DNA from: Chlorokybus atmophyticus
Lineage: Eukaryota; Plantae; Mesostigma and Chlorokybus algae
Reading direction: 5' to 3'
Length of the DNA stretch: 64,000 nucleotides
Assembly (NCBI GenBank): GCA_009103225.1
Contig: RHPI01002533.1
Span: 938,682 to 1,002,681, forward strand
The notes under the pieces were generated by a model, which searched no databases, was not told where the DNA came from, and saw nothing but the letters and a program-made list of their open reading frames with translations. The position numbers were made by a program, and so were the translations under genes. Numbering within the stretch: position 1 is the stretch's first letter; each line of letters begins with the position of its first letter. Of the stretch, positions 1 through 12,349 are shown piece by piece.

Positions 1-1331
1 CAGAGAGTACGAGGCGCAAGCAATGTCAGTCAATACCGATGTGTTGCTCCATCACGAAGCATGGCACTCGAGCGCTGACATGCCCCAGGACTCCGTTGCA
101 AAAATGCATGCAAATGCTTGCGTCTCAATGCATGACAGCAGCATCTTGTTGCGTCAGGCATGCATTTCAACACAAAAACGATACTTTATTCAACCACAGT
201 CGCGCAGTAAAATAAACAAGCCTGCCTGGCTAAGAGTCAACGAACACAGCTGCAAGCACATGAGCAACTGTACGCACCCTGCACCATCATTGCTGCCAGT
301 GTCCGCAACGTGCAATACAGAAGCTTCCGACTGGTTTTTTTTCTGCCCTTCGTCAGCGGCAGAAAGAACTGTGTCAGGCCTCGCTAGCAGCAGCACGGCT
401 AAGACAAGCAGGCGGCAAGCCCAGTGAAGACGCCTCCACCAACCAGCCGACCGACGAGCAGACGACCCTCCCCGGCTCGGACTCATGGTAGCCTGACACA
501 ACACCTGCAGGCCTGCAGCAAGAAGCGAGCAAAACCCCTGGCCTGGCTGCTCTCACAGCTGAAGCAAAAACCTGACGCAGCCAAGCAGTAAAGCTCCGTT
601 GGCCACAAAGCAGTTGCTGCGCACACAGGCGCTACGAGCGACAGCAACAAAGCTTGCCCCAAACAGCGGGCAGCGGCGGCAACCGCGCAGACATTTGCCG
701 CCACGTGTCCAAAGCTACACTGCTGCGCGAATTCCTGCATCAGCCTGCATGCCGTCCCTACCCAGTGTAGATGCAGCGCACCTTTCTGAAGCTGCACTGG
801 GTATATGCATTGTTCACGAGTCATTACTCATGTGTGAAGCCTCCTAGCGATTACCGGGAAGCCGAGATGCGATTACATCAAATGGTTGGTTCAATGTCCT
901 ACACACCGGGTACCACATTGGATGCGTATGAGCTCTCACACGATGCAAGATATTAGTCACAATGGTTGCTAACTACAATCTTACACTAGTGTGCAAAGTC
1001 GGGCATGTATTATGACACTACGATCCGTTATCTTTGGTGGTAGGAGTTGTAACAGGTTGAGCAATCGTCTGTACTTGTATTGACTGCTACCCTCCCTCTC
1101 AATATAAATCAGTCGACAACACTGCTAGAAGCGAACAATCGCGTCTGTACATGCCCAAAAGCTATCTGTCAACACATTGCATCAAATTTCACATGAGCAA
1201 TTGCGTCCATCATCTGTGTTACTCAAGTCACATGTGCATGTGTAGATTTCGCACGGTCCCTTCAAGCTGATGCGGAGACCCGACGCACACGGCGATTGCA
1301 TGTCCGCAATGGGAGCCTACTGCAGCGCAAC

Positions 1332-2380
1332 ATGCAGCAAAAGGCCATGCTCGCCTTGGCCGATGTGGAGCGCATCAGTGTTGCAGCCATTCATAAGAAT
1401 GCACGCGCTCGGCGGGAGCTTGTGTGGCAGGAGTTTATGGACTACTTGCAAGCACTACATGTTGCCGTGGAAAATGTCACTCCCATTGTAGTGACGGCCT
1501 ACTTAGCCGGGCATTGGAACGATGTGCACATCAACAAAGCCCGGCGCAAGGATAAGAATGGTGCACTTATGATATCCAGCAGCACCAATGATGTGACCAT
1601 TATGCATTTGAGCGCTGGTTTCAGGTGGCATGGTAGAGTGGGCCCGTGGAGTACAAGTCATCCCGCAGGCAACCCTTGCGAGTCTGTCGATGTGCGTGAG
1701 TATCGCGCTGGCTATGCCAAGTGTACATTCAAGCTGGCGTGCAGCCCGTGCATGCCATACCTTTGGCTCATACCGACATGAACACACTAGTATGCTACTT
1801 TCAGCAGTAAGAGCAAAGTACTTGACCAGAGCGGGACACTTATGAAAGCGCAATCCTCTATCGTGACTACACATTGTGCATGTACTTGTGGTGCACATTG
1901 CAAAAAGGCAGTGAAGGTGCCCGCATAAAAATGGTACATATACTAATAGACGGCACAGAAGTCTATACACAAGCCACCCATCTCAAGTATTGTGCAGGGC
2001 GAGTACCAACTATTAAAGTTTGCAAGAGCGACTTGAGTGTGGAGTTCTGCGAAGTGCTAGAATTGTACTTGAGCCATGTAAAAGAGAGCCCCTTCAGCAT
2101 CAAAAAAGGCCCCATGTTTCGTCCGCTAGCCCGCAATAACAAGCACTGGGAGAAGCGCACTATCAGCGGTGATTGCGCATGTCAGGCATTTGTCAAGCAT
2201 TGCCAAAGAAGTGGTATATAACGCCGCACCTGAGACTGCACTCATTCTTACGAGACAATGCGCAACATGCGCTACGCACGGGTGTGTCCCTGGACGACAT
2301 TTAAGCTGAGGGGTTGTGGAAAGGAGCGCAAAGTATGCATCTGTACTTACACAACAAGTATGTAACACTGGTTCCCATGT
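1332..2380 (+). pseudogene. Tyrosine recombinase of the DIRS-like element
   Basis: ORFs 1296-1781 and 1874-2221 (…GPMFRPL…) continue, after a frameshift, into RLHSFLRDNAQHALRTGVSLDDI*AEGLWKGAQSMHLY at about 2232-2350. This matches the HSxR box, the GxW motif and the catalytic Tyr. Confidence 0.8.
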
Positions 2381-3960
2381 GACGTAAGCCACAACATACG
2401 GATAGGACCCCGGGTTGATGGTGTTGTCGGGTACTCTGGCGCCTTTCACAAACCAGTCAGTGTGCTTGCCTACATGACGCATGTCTCGCTTGCGCCACGC
2501 CATGATAGCAGGCGCTGCCCGGCATCGGCACAGCTGACATGAACGCTGCAGATTTGGCATTCCAATCCGCTGCAAACACATCCAGACAACGCTTGCCAAA
2601 TAGCGATTGCATCCACGCAGTGGGTGTGTTTGCCAGTGCCCAATCCCCTTTGTCCGGCAGCTTCGAGAGCGCATCCTCAACTCCCAAACTATGGAGACCG
2701 CCAAATCTCTTTCCCAAGAAACTTGCCATAATCATTGCAATGCAACTTGCACAGCTGGATGCGATGCTGTCAACTTTATCAGCATGGCCACGGCGGGCTG
2801 GCAATTGCCAACAATCCTTTCAGTGGCATGCTGCAACGCTGGTTGCTATCGTATCAACTCCAAAGAGGCAGCCACATATGCCAATGCCTCTTTCACTGCT
2901 GAAGGCAGACCTTGTTGCCAAGGAGCAAAGTTCCCCACCATCGCCGCCCATGGGCCTGTAGCCCCCCAGCCCATGATGCCAGATGCATCCACGCGCAACT
3001 CATGTGCTACTGGCGGCTTCTAGCACGCCGAGCCATTATAAGCCGGCATGCTGTGCTGCAGCCACAACGCGAAGTCCACCAATAACGGCGGTGTAAACTC
3101 TTCATCCCAATCACTGTGATCAGTGGTCAGCTGTAGTTGCCAGCGCGCATACAGGTATGCGGGAGCTAAGGCCATATTCATTGCCACCAGTTTGCCTGCT
3201 ACCTTTGCCAACATGCGCTTGGTGATCACGTTTGCGCTCATCATCTTGTACTTCAGCTCCAGTAACTTATGTAACTTGTCAGGGGGTATGCAGAACACAC
3301 CACGCTCGGTGTCCAATAGCAGACCCAGCAGCTTGACACACAGTTGCGGCCAGAGCACGCACTTATGCAGGGTGACAAACATGCCCAGTAGTTTCAGCAG
3401 CTGCATTAATTGCAAAATGCGCCAGCACATATGGCGGCGATTGGCATGGCGAAGGTGCATGTCATCAATGTAGGAAACAAAGCCCATGCCCAGCTTGCGC
3501 AAGGGTGTGAAGACTGTGGACATCAGCTCCGAAAACAGCCAACAGGCTTGGTTAAGGCCAAACGGTAGCACTTTCCAACGGTATTCAACTCCTTCATATT
3601 CCATTGCCAAATAGGGCTTGCTGTTTACATGTATTGGCACATGATGATAGCCTGACTTCAAGTCCGCTATCACTAGATAATAGCCTTCACGTGTGTACAG
3701 CAACGTATCCTCCAGGTGCTCATAATTGAAGGGAATAAGCACCAAAAAGACATTTATGTATCTCAGATCCATAATGAGGCGCAGTCTTGCCGCTATCATC
3801 TTTAACCACTCCAATTCCTGTAATAACCTTCACATCTGAAGGTTGTACCGCAAAAATTGCTTTTGGACGCATCGAATTGTTCAACTCCTTAAGCACAAAT
3901 GCTCGGTGCTGTATTGCTGACGGCATGTTGCGCAATTGAATTGAAGTTGGAGTTTCATTT
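2360..3960 (-). pseudogene. DIRS-type reverse transcriptase, RNase H and N6-adenine methyltransferase-like (MT) domain
   Basis: RT: NMPSAIQHRAFV…(frameshift near 3790)…LRLIMDLRYIN…DLKSGYHHV…LPFGL…SYIDD. RNase H, read by hand at about 2700-3000: VDASGIMGWGA…SAVKEALA…GNCQPAV…LWQVSW, with in-frame stops. MT-like domain: DALSK…DWAL…LDVFAADWNAKSAAFMS. Confidence 0.88.
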
Positions 3961-5544
3961 TGCATTACTGCCTCCACATGATCGGAAATGCAATCCTCCT
4001 ACAGCATCATCTGCTTCACCTCTTCCATCTTCGATAGCTGGGTTTCCGATGTGCCCACCCAATCCAACTTGTATCCTTGACTCAACCAGCGTAGCACATG
4101 GTTGTTATCTTGCCAGTGGTAGTCAACCATGTGCGCCACGATTCTTGCCGTTGACAAGGTGTAGCAGCCATAAAGTGATGACGCTATCCAGAGTTGCTAA
4201 GCGCACTACGTGCTGCCACTGATGCTCGTCACACTCGGATCCACAGCCCAGCCTGCACCAGGTTAATCTCACGCCAGAGTTCACGCACCAAGTGCTCCTG
4301 CTCAACATTTGAGCACAGCACCTCCGCATTAGCGGGTGGCGGCTCCGCAACCTTTGCGGGCTAGTAATGCAGGCATGTGCATGCGATGCTGCAATGGTTG
4401 CTGTTTTAAAGCGTCCAGCAAGTCAGAGACTTCAAGGACTGTAACTAGAGGCACGTCTGCATGCATGGCATACTTGTCAATTTGGATTGGTTGCTCGCTC
4501 AAAGCCGTTGAGGCAATGCTCGTCATTGTGGCGCTCAATGGGCGTTTGACTGTAGTAGCCGCCTTCAAACATGGCGGATTGCCGTCATGCGTAGCATATG
4601 GCAGCATTGATGTAGTACATTGTTGTGAAGACTGCTGCAAGTCATGGTGATCGATGGACAACAGCAGCACAGGGTTTAATGAAGCTGGCATAGTTATGTC
4701 GTGTGCCACAAGTCATCATGATCTTGGTCATGGCTGTCATCAAGTGTCCTACACTAGCACAACATTGGCTCAGCACACTGTCATCTCAAAGTGCAATGTA
4801 ATACATTCGGGGTTGATAGCGCTTATTGATGTCCTGGGCAAACTGTATGTCATCTATAGTATCGTACACGTGTGCACGCGTGTACGCATCTCAACACACA
4901 CTATTGTACAATATTCACAACCCTACTAGTGTACACCATACAAAACTCTGCGCACGCGCGCAAGTGGTGCGCATGCTATCATCTCGAGGTATCACACTGA
5001 TTATCGCTTACCGTGGAGCCGGCAGAGCAGGGTGCTCCTCCATCTTCACTCGTGGAGGTGGACCTCCCCATGCAGCAGGTGGTGCTGGCCACGGGCCATA
5101 TGGAGGGTAGAAAGGGCCCGAAGGATAGTGCTGAGCGCCTTGTCCGCGCGACTGACCATGACCGCGGAGGAGCAGGCCACCACCATGATGGGCCTTCCTC
5201 AGAGTAGTGGGTGTTTTGTCGCCAAGCACCCTTCCCTTCTCCTTGCTGGCCCCCACAGCAGAGCGGCCACGCTGCTGCCTGCACGCAGCACACAATGTTG
5301 AGATGGCACGTCAATTGGGTGTGTGCTTCAGGCGCATGCACCGCGCACCAGATGGCCTCAACTGCAGGCTCAGCCCTTCCGGCCATTGTAACAAGTACTA
5401 CTTGACCCACTAGACGCACAATAGCTGGCTGCTTGCAGCTGCACGCCAGCGCGCTACTCTTAGCAACAATGGCACACATGCGCTTATGCAGTACACGGAC
5501 ACATGGCTGGTGCAGACACAAAAGCCCTCAGAAACATGCACCAG

Positions 5545-6060
5545 CTGCGCACACACGCTTGAAGGCGGACACAACACGCAGCTGCACACGCATGTTGAAT
5601 CCACGGCGGCATGACACGTGCCGCTGCCGCTGCACACATACTTGAAACGGATACCAACGCGGCAGGTGTGCACACAAGCTTAAGGCGGACACAACCGCAG
5701 CTGCACACGGACAGTGCTGAATCAACGGCGACAAGACGCATCACGCAGCAGCCGCACACACTCGCTTGAAGCGGACATAAACGCAGTCGCACATGCATTC
5801 GGTGCAACACATGCATGGCGGACACCAACGCAGCTGCACACGCACCCATGCTGACTCAACAGCGACATGACGCACGACGCAGCAGCTGCACACACATGCT
5901 TGAGACGGACACAAACACAGCCATTCACGCACGCATGTTGGATCAACGGTAACATGACGCATGACGCAGCAGCTGCAAACAGAGGCTTGAAGCGGACACA
6001 AAGGCAGCTGCACGTGCAAGCATACGGACACACATACGAACGCAGCTGCGCACACGCGCA
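5545..6060. repeat. Degenerate tandem minisatellite (subunits about 30-45 bp within a period of about 120 bp)
   Basis: GCTTGAAG(G)CGGACACAA…CGCAGCTGCACAC recurs, alternating with AATC(A/C)ACGGCG…ATGAC…GCAGC blocks. Confidence 0.8.
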
Positions 6061-6144
6061 TGCGCCCCAGCCCACAGCTGCCAAGCGCGTCAAAACAGGC
6101 CCACCATCTGCCAGGCCTTGAAGGTACTTCTTCTTTCAACAAGC

Positions 6145-6960
6145 CTAATGCCTAGTATGCACCGCACGCCATAAAGACATGCACGTGTGAGCACACCTTT
6201 GCTGCTCGGGAGGGCGGTCTTGCATGCAAGCCTGAGCTTGCTCATTGTACAGGGCATCAAGTTGCGCAACGAGCTTGCGCTCATTAAACAGCTTATCCAT
6301 CTTAGCCCTGCCAACAAGCTTGCGGCAGAATTGTAAACATATCAGCATAATGGGGACTGCACGAGTGCTGCAGCATCATCTGGTACAGCTGAGCTAGTGT
6401 CCACGACAAGAAGGGGTAACCATGCAACAGAACACCCTGCATGTCGTCCAGTAGGCGCTTCTCTTTAAAGCCCAAGTTCTTGCCACGAGCCTGGTCCCAG
6501 AAGGCATACTGGCGCAAGTCGTGCGTAAACTTGAGGATGCGTCCGTCCATGGCCACGATGACATTACCAGCATCACAAACCGGGGCGACGTTCAATACAG
6601 GTGGCGCCTCATCCGTGTCATTACCTGTCTTTCGCACGGTGCAAATGTGAAATCTTGGGGGCAGATGTCCCTCAGCAATAGAGTGAGTGGCACAAAGAGC
6701 AGCATCCGGACCCCATGCGAGCGTGGACTCAACAGTCAGATGCATGCCGGATTCACCCTCGGGAGGATGCAACAGACTGATGCCCCAGAAAGGCGAACAG
6801 TTATGCATTATGAGCACGAGCACTGACTCTACCTTCACCTTCACCCATCCCATGTCGTTGCTTGTCCAGAGCTCGCAGATGCGACCGCACAGCCAACTGG
6901 GAGTGGAGCTCTTGTACAAGGCGAGCTTGTTTCGGAGTGTGAGGGACTCCACAAAGCGGC
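6145..6960 (-). pseudogene. Fragmentary ORF of probable transposon origin, function unassigned (weak resemblance to KDZ-associated CxC regions)
   Basis: 216-aa ORF (…APVCDAG…MDGRILKFTHDLRQYAFW…) runs into a frameshifted 67-aa ORF. It lies between mobile elements. The family is not confidently recognised. Confidence 0.3.
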
Positions 6961-7297
6961 CAGATGGTGGGGTGACAGGCTGAGCGTCTTTTCAGAGCTC
7001 GAGCACGGCGTCCTCTGCTGTGCGGGGCCTAATGAGGACAGGTCCTCCCATAGGCGCTGCCGAAATGCCTGCAGCTGGCGCTATAATTGGCGTTGCTGAA
7101 TGCACAGCAGGTTGGGGAGTGGCAGCAGGTGCGGACGGGCCCTACTCTGGCAATGCCTGTGCTCCAGCGCCTGTCTGAACTTCACCACCATCCCCCTCTT
7201 CCCCCATAGTCGTGTATGCGGTCTCATGCAACTCTCAATTCAAATTGTACAGCTAACATCAAAACACCTTTACACTTTTACCAACAAGCTGAGCGCC

Positions 7298-7834
7298 TGT
7301 AACGATTGGGGCCCGACCACTAGGCTATGGTAGTAAAGACACTACCATGAGTGAGGTCTGTCACAATTCATCCCAATTTGTGACATTCCTCTCCAATTTA
7401 ACCCATGAGTTTCTCATAATCCAATGAGGCACTAGCCCATGTTGCCGTGTTCGCAACCGTACCACGATCGGTCTGCCCGCGGCCTGTTGGATCCGGCCCA
7501 CGAACGGTCCTGACCGACCGAACGGCCATCCTCACCGCGCGACCTGCCATCGCAGCGCGACCGCTCACGTGGCCTTAGGTTGAACTGGCTCAGCGCGCAG
7601 GTCGTAATTACGCGCCCAGTCTAGGGCAAGCCGCCCCAAATGTTGTGTTTTTGCCTTGGATCTGCCTCAGTCCCCTACGGAAATTGAACCTGAGACGTCA
7701 AGCTTCATTACCATTGTAACAATTGGGGCCCGACCACTAGGCTATGGTAGTAAAGACACTACCATGAGTGAGATCTGTCACAATTTATCCCAATTGGTGA
7801 CATTCAATGTCACGAATTGGGATAAATTGTGACA
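7298..7834 (-). mobile_element. TRIM-like miniature LTR element (TRIM-A)
   Basis: 88 bp direct repeats TGTAAC…GTGACA at 7298-7385 and 7715-7802. On the minus strand a PPT (GGAGAGGAA, 7386-7394) precedes one LTR, and a PBS-like TGGTAATGAAGC starts 1 nt after the other. GCGCC flanks the element at 7293-7297 and 7835-7839 if the extra module 7808-7834 is included. The 329 bp interior is non-coding. Confidence 0.85.
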
Positions 7835-8349
7835 GCGCCGCCGCCGCCGTCGCTGCTGCTCTGCTTAAGCACAACAACAACAACTACTACTACTACGGCA
7901 TGCAAGCTTACAGCGCTGGCGCCCTGCAAGGTACGCTGCGTCGGCTACCGAGTGCGCGGCTTGGGGCTGTGACATTGGCAGAGGATGCAGGCTGAGGGCG
8001 CATTCAACGCCCGCCTGCATCCTATGCGGTGGCAGATTCACAACTGCCGACGTGACGCGCTGTCAGCCAGTGACTTCAGCAGTTGAGTATTGGCCATACT
8101 ATACTGTCAATGCATTGCTGAGCATTGATGGGGTTGGGAAAATGCATTGTTATTGGCGATGGGTTGCAAAGTGTTGCGTAGTTATTATGATCTTTGTAAG
8201 AAATGATGTTAACAATACTAGTGTACATTTCTATTATAGAGTCAAAGAAAACGATAAAACACATGCGAAATTACATGTATATAATAATCATTATGATGTA
8301 TAGCAAACTATGTCGAATAGCGAGCTTCGAATGAACAAACAAAGTGAAC

Positions 8350-10040
8350 ATGTTTGGTAAAGTTTTTCATCTAACCAAGGGCATTATATGTCAGAATTGT
8401 GACTCATATCGACCTGCTTGCATTCGCTGCTACCTTTTGCCGCCCTTCCCTCACATTTGCACGCACTTAGCTATGACGCATAACCAGTTTTTATTGTGTT
8501 TGTATTGCTGCTTCAGAGCTATACATGTTAATTATAGTGCGTGTGTTGATGGTCATCATCAGCGCACGCACAACCTATGCACTACATCGGCTGTGTTGCA
8601 TTGGTGCGGCTAACAGATTCTTCGACCGTCTACAAAAGCTAATAGGTGAAAATGTGCGTTTTATTAACAAGTAAGCAACGTTTGTAGTGCTACACACGTT
8701 GCTTATTAACTAGCAACTTTAAGAAAATTCATTGAATCTTCGTAAACTTGAAGGGGCGAGGTCGCATGGCGCATATGGCTAAGAGCTGTGCTAGTTTGGT
8801 TTAATGATATATGCTAAATTGAGCGGCCATTGACCTGCATCAGCACGCCATTGTCACCAACAGATATACAGCAAGTATACGGCTATTGAACTGGAGTGCC
8901 TTACAGTGTGATGGGTAATGGCCAAACTTTGCGTTTAATGGCCGGGTGACCATGGCAGCTTCAATTGGGTGGAGACAGATTATGCTATGTTGAATGGATT
9001 GTGTTCAACGTGAGATGTCTCTGGTTGATTAACGCGTTGAGTAATAACACTTCAAGATTATAACTTCAACATCGGTTATTGCCCAAATACCACCAACCGA
9101 GATCAATATATTGATGATGCCTTCAAACCATAACTTGAAGTTGTCCCGAGCTCCGCAAGCTTTCAGTGCAGTCTGCTATGTGCAAGCAGCAATTGGTGAT
9201 ACCAGAGTTGCTTATGCCTACCATATTGTGCAGCACAGCAAGTGGACGACATGGTTTTATTCACAAGGCGTCAATGGCAAGCACATCAAGCACATCGCCT
9301 TAACTTAGCAATACCATGAGCACGGTGACTTGCTGTAAACAACAGTTGTTTTTGTCGGGTTATTAAGAATGACTAAGTTTTGATGGGATGCTTTTGCTAA
9401 AGGTGCTGCGACATTCGAAGTCATACCCATACTTTAAAGACATACTTTCACAAAACTCTGCAGCGTCTTGAACTATTCTTCTACTGGTCATCCATTAGCA
9501 AGGACGTGCACACGTATTTATCATTGTATCATACTTGCTAAACATGCAATGAGCTCAACACCTTACATGAGCAACTGCGAAGCATTCAAGTGTAACGACT
9601 CTCTGAACTAATGGCTTGGGACATCATAAGCCCCTTCCCTGAAACAGCAAAAGGGATCAAATACATCATCCGACTGACAACTGCATTTGACGGGCACTGT
9701 TAATAGTTCCTAACATTGAAACAAAGAAAATGGTTGCTTTCGTACTGAACGACTCATCGCCGAGCAATTGTGACCCGAGCGTATCATGTTAAATAGAAAG
9801 AGCAACCGCACAGAAATGGTGATGCAGCTAGTGTGCAAAATGTTTGATACACATTAAAGTTTATGTGCGATAGATACCACCCTGAAATGGACGGGTTCAT
9901 GAAGCAAAAAAATCACTATTGAGGATGAGCTATTAAATTATATTGACTCACAACGCAACGACTGAGACAAACACACCTTCGCTGTTTAAGCCTCCACGCA
10001 ATTCACTCCATAGAAAGCCATATATGGCCGCTGGCTAACG
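8350..10040 (+). pseudogene. Highly degraded Ty3/gypsy pol remnant (RNase H and integrase)
   Basis: RNase H-like KYTAIELECLTV*WV at about 8872-8920. Integrase: KTLQRLELFFYWSSISKDVHTYL…C*TC (about 9452-9550), MAWDIISPFPETAKGIKYII (about 9610-9670) and RYHPEMDG (about 9872-9895). Many stops and frameshifts. Confidence 0.8.
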
Positions 10041-10213
10041 CTACCTCCAATAGTAGGGTTCTCAACACCTCAAGTGCAATGACCAGGTTGGTTCAAGCTT
10101 TCAATGACACCTTACTCATTTAGCATGCGATTAATCAGCATAAACTACACATGGTACAGTTGCACAATTGTGCATTGTGCGCATGCCTTTAACTAGCATT
10201 TTGCATTATTGAA

Positions 10214-10269
10214 CACAACTCAATCCTGTATCGAATCGGCGAGCTGATTCGATACAGGATTGAGTTGTG
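10214..10269. repeat. Perfect 24 bp inverted repeat (hairpin)
   Basis: CACAACTCAATCCTGTATCGAATC, 8 nt spacer, GATTCGATACAGGATTGAGTTGTG. Confidence 0.95.
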
Positions 10270-10384
10270 GGAACCCAATGTCACGTGCAGCATCGGAATG
10301 AACTCACAAGTGTCATAGGCTTTGTCAAACCCTGCGCATAGAAATAACATATGCATCTATGCAAATTTCACAAGGCGCAAAATG

Positions 10385-10572
10385 TATATATATACATATA
10401 TATATTCATATATGTATACATATATGTATATATACATATATATATGTGCATACATATATGTATACATATACACATATATATATGTTTATATATATGTATA
10501 CATATATGTATACATATACACAAATATGTATACATATATGTATATATATACATATATCAATATATTATATTT
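10385..10572. repeat. Degenerate (TA)/(TATACA) microsatellite
   Basis: Alternating purine-pyrimidine, AT-rich simple repeat. The Y/I/M/H-rich ORFs here are artefacts. Confidence 0.95.
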
Positions 10573-12349
10573 GTATTAATAGTGTAAATAAACCAATAAT
10601 AATAACAATAACTTCGCCATAATGTATTCGTCGCTGCTGGAACGGCACAAAATGATTGGGGCCTTTTACCTTGTATTGTTTGATTATGTCACTTGCTAAT
10701 AATATACACCGAAATAGCTACTGCATTAAGTTAAACAAAAGTACTGCTTATTACTTATACAAAAACATCAGTTTGATAGTGGGACATGTTGACCACCCGT
10801 TTGCACTATGTGTATTGTTTTTCCATACTCGTGCCATATGACTAAAAGTAGAATTAAAAGGCCTGTACTATCAACACTATGTTGACATTTCTTGATTTAT
10901 ATGTACGGTAGTTGCAATGAAGCACCTCCACAACTCCAACGTCATAATAAGCAACATTTGAACATGTTTTAATGAGTGATTACCAAATAACACATGCTAT
11001 TAAGCAGATCAGCAATATCAATGTTTGCAATAGCATCAATTGTTATGATTATTTCCAATAAACACACGCGATGTTCAATTGCAATTGCGCATACATCACA
11101 AACTTTAAAATGTTATTTAAGTGACAAAAGTGTAGCATTGTGCATCCGCAGGCATAATTATGAACACGCCTCGCTCGTCAACTGATTGGCTCTAGAGTAT
11201 TGTTTTTATATGCACACGGTATGAGAAATGCTCTTTGTTGAAACGTGTTGTTTCAAGAGGCCTACTTTAGTTGTAGCATATTAAGTTGCAAAAAAACAGT
11301 ATTTATTAAATTGTAATTATCGTTGGACGTTTATAACACAAGTTTATACGTCGCACTTTTGCTTTGAATCAAAAAAATCAGCATTATCGGTCGTATTAAC
11401 TTCAAGAGGCTGCTCAATAAGATATGACAGAAAACGTTGTGTATAACAACACTTTATTTACTTGATATTCAGAAACAACACTTTTATAGGAACCTTAAAG
11501 TCGTCCGACTTTGAGGCTGTGCTCAGAAACATGGTGTTCAATGGATTAATGCATCTTGTTTGGGCATCAGCTTTTACAATAGCAGTAATTGTGAATTATA
11601 GCAAGGATATGACCTCTATTATACTTGTCAGCTGCTTTATGGCTCGGTCTTGGGTTGTTGGTACAAGAGTGTATTGTTATTTGCTCCTAAGTGTGAATAG
11701 ACATGATGGGATTCTCATTGGCACGTTGAATTAAGGCTTAGGTTAAGTTTGGTCTAAGCGGCATTGGTAACTTTTAAGTTACTGTGGCCGTGTAACGGTC
11801 CCGCCTGTCTGCTCCTGCGCGCGCCACGTCTTCACAGGCACTGTGGTCCGGCGCCGTCGGATGGAAGATCTCGGCAACCGAGCACTATCCAACGGCACCC
11901 GCTCGCGCACATTGCCGACCTCAAAGCAAACGTTTGTCGCTAGCGTGCTTCCGCCTCTAGCTGGCACCAGCTGCGTCCACGTCGCGGTGGCCTGCTTCAT
12001 GACGGCTCGAACAAGGCAAAAATCAAGCTCGCGTTGCGGGCCTGATTTAGCAGTGGTGCACCCCATGTAACACAGGACAGCACGCAACATGACGTGACGC
12101 AGGATAAGCATAAGTATGCCAGCGTGTAACGCCGTCCTTAGGGCAAGTCTGTGTGTACAGAGCTGCACCAGCGACAAGGCGTATCAGCAGCGGCGGGGTT
12201 TGTCGACGAGGTTGCTGGAGTGAGCGCCGCCTGGGTTGTTAGTCGGTTGGGAGCGTGTGAGCGAGATTGTCTGGACAAATCTTGATTGCAAGCAAGAGGG
12301 CTGCACAGGGTGGTGCTGGCCGTCTGAGGTCATCTGCAAACCGGTGGTC

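Larger units (their letters stand above)
1332..5300. mobile_element. Decayed DIRS-order (PAT/kangaroo-like) tyrosine-recombinase retrotransposon; ends not resolved
   Basis: RT-RNaseH-MT on the minus strand converges on a tyrosine recombinase on the plus strand. A Pro-rich, possibly gag-like segment lies at 5008-5295 (-). Multiple stops and frameshifts. Terminal repeats were not found. Confidence 0.8.

Noticed and set aside
1-960. Short ORFs at the window start
   Set aside because: No recognisable homology. They may belong to the DIRS-like element.
4760-4900. TIL*…RTSISAINPEC on the minus strand, upstream of the DIRS RT, suggestive of a retropepsin D(T/S)G motif
   Set aside because: The catalytic motif is not present and the region is too decayed to call.
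7298-7802. Hairpin-containing direct repeats (also 31638 and 43708) considered as a CRISPR array or DIRS split direct repeats
   Set aside because: There are only two copies, with TG…CA ends, PPT, PBS and TSD, in a eukaryotic context. An LTR explanation fits better.
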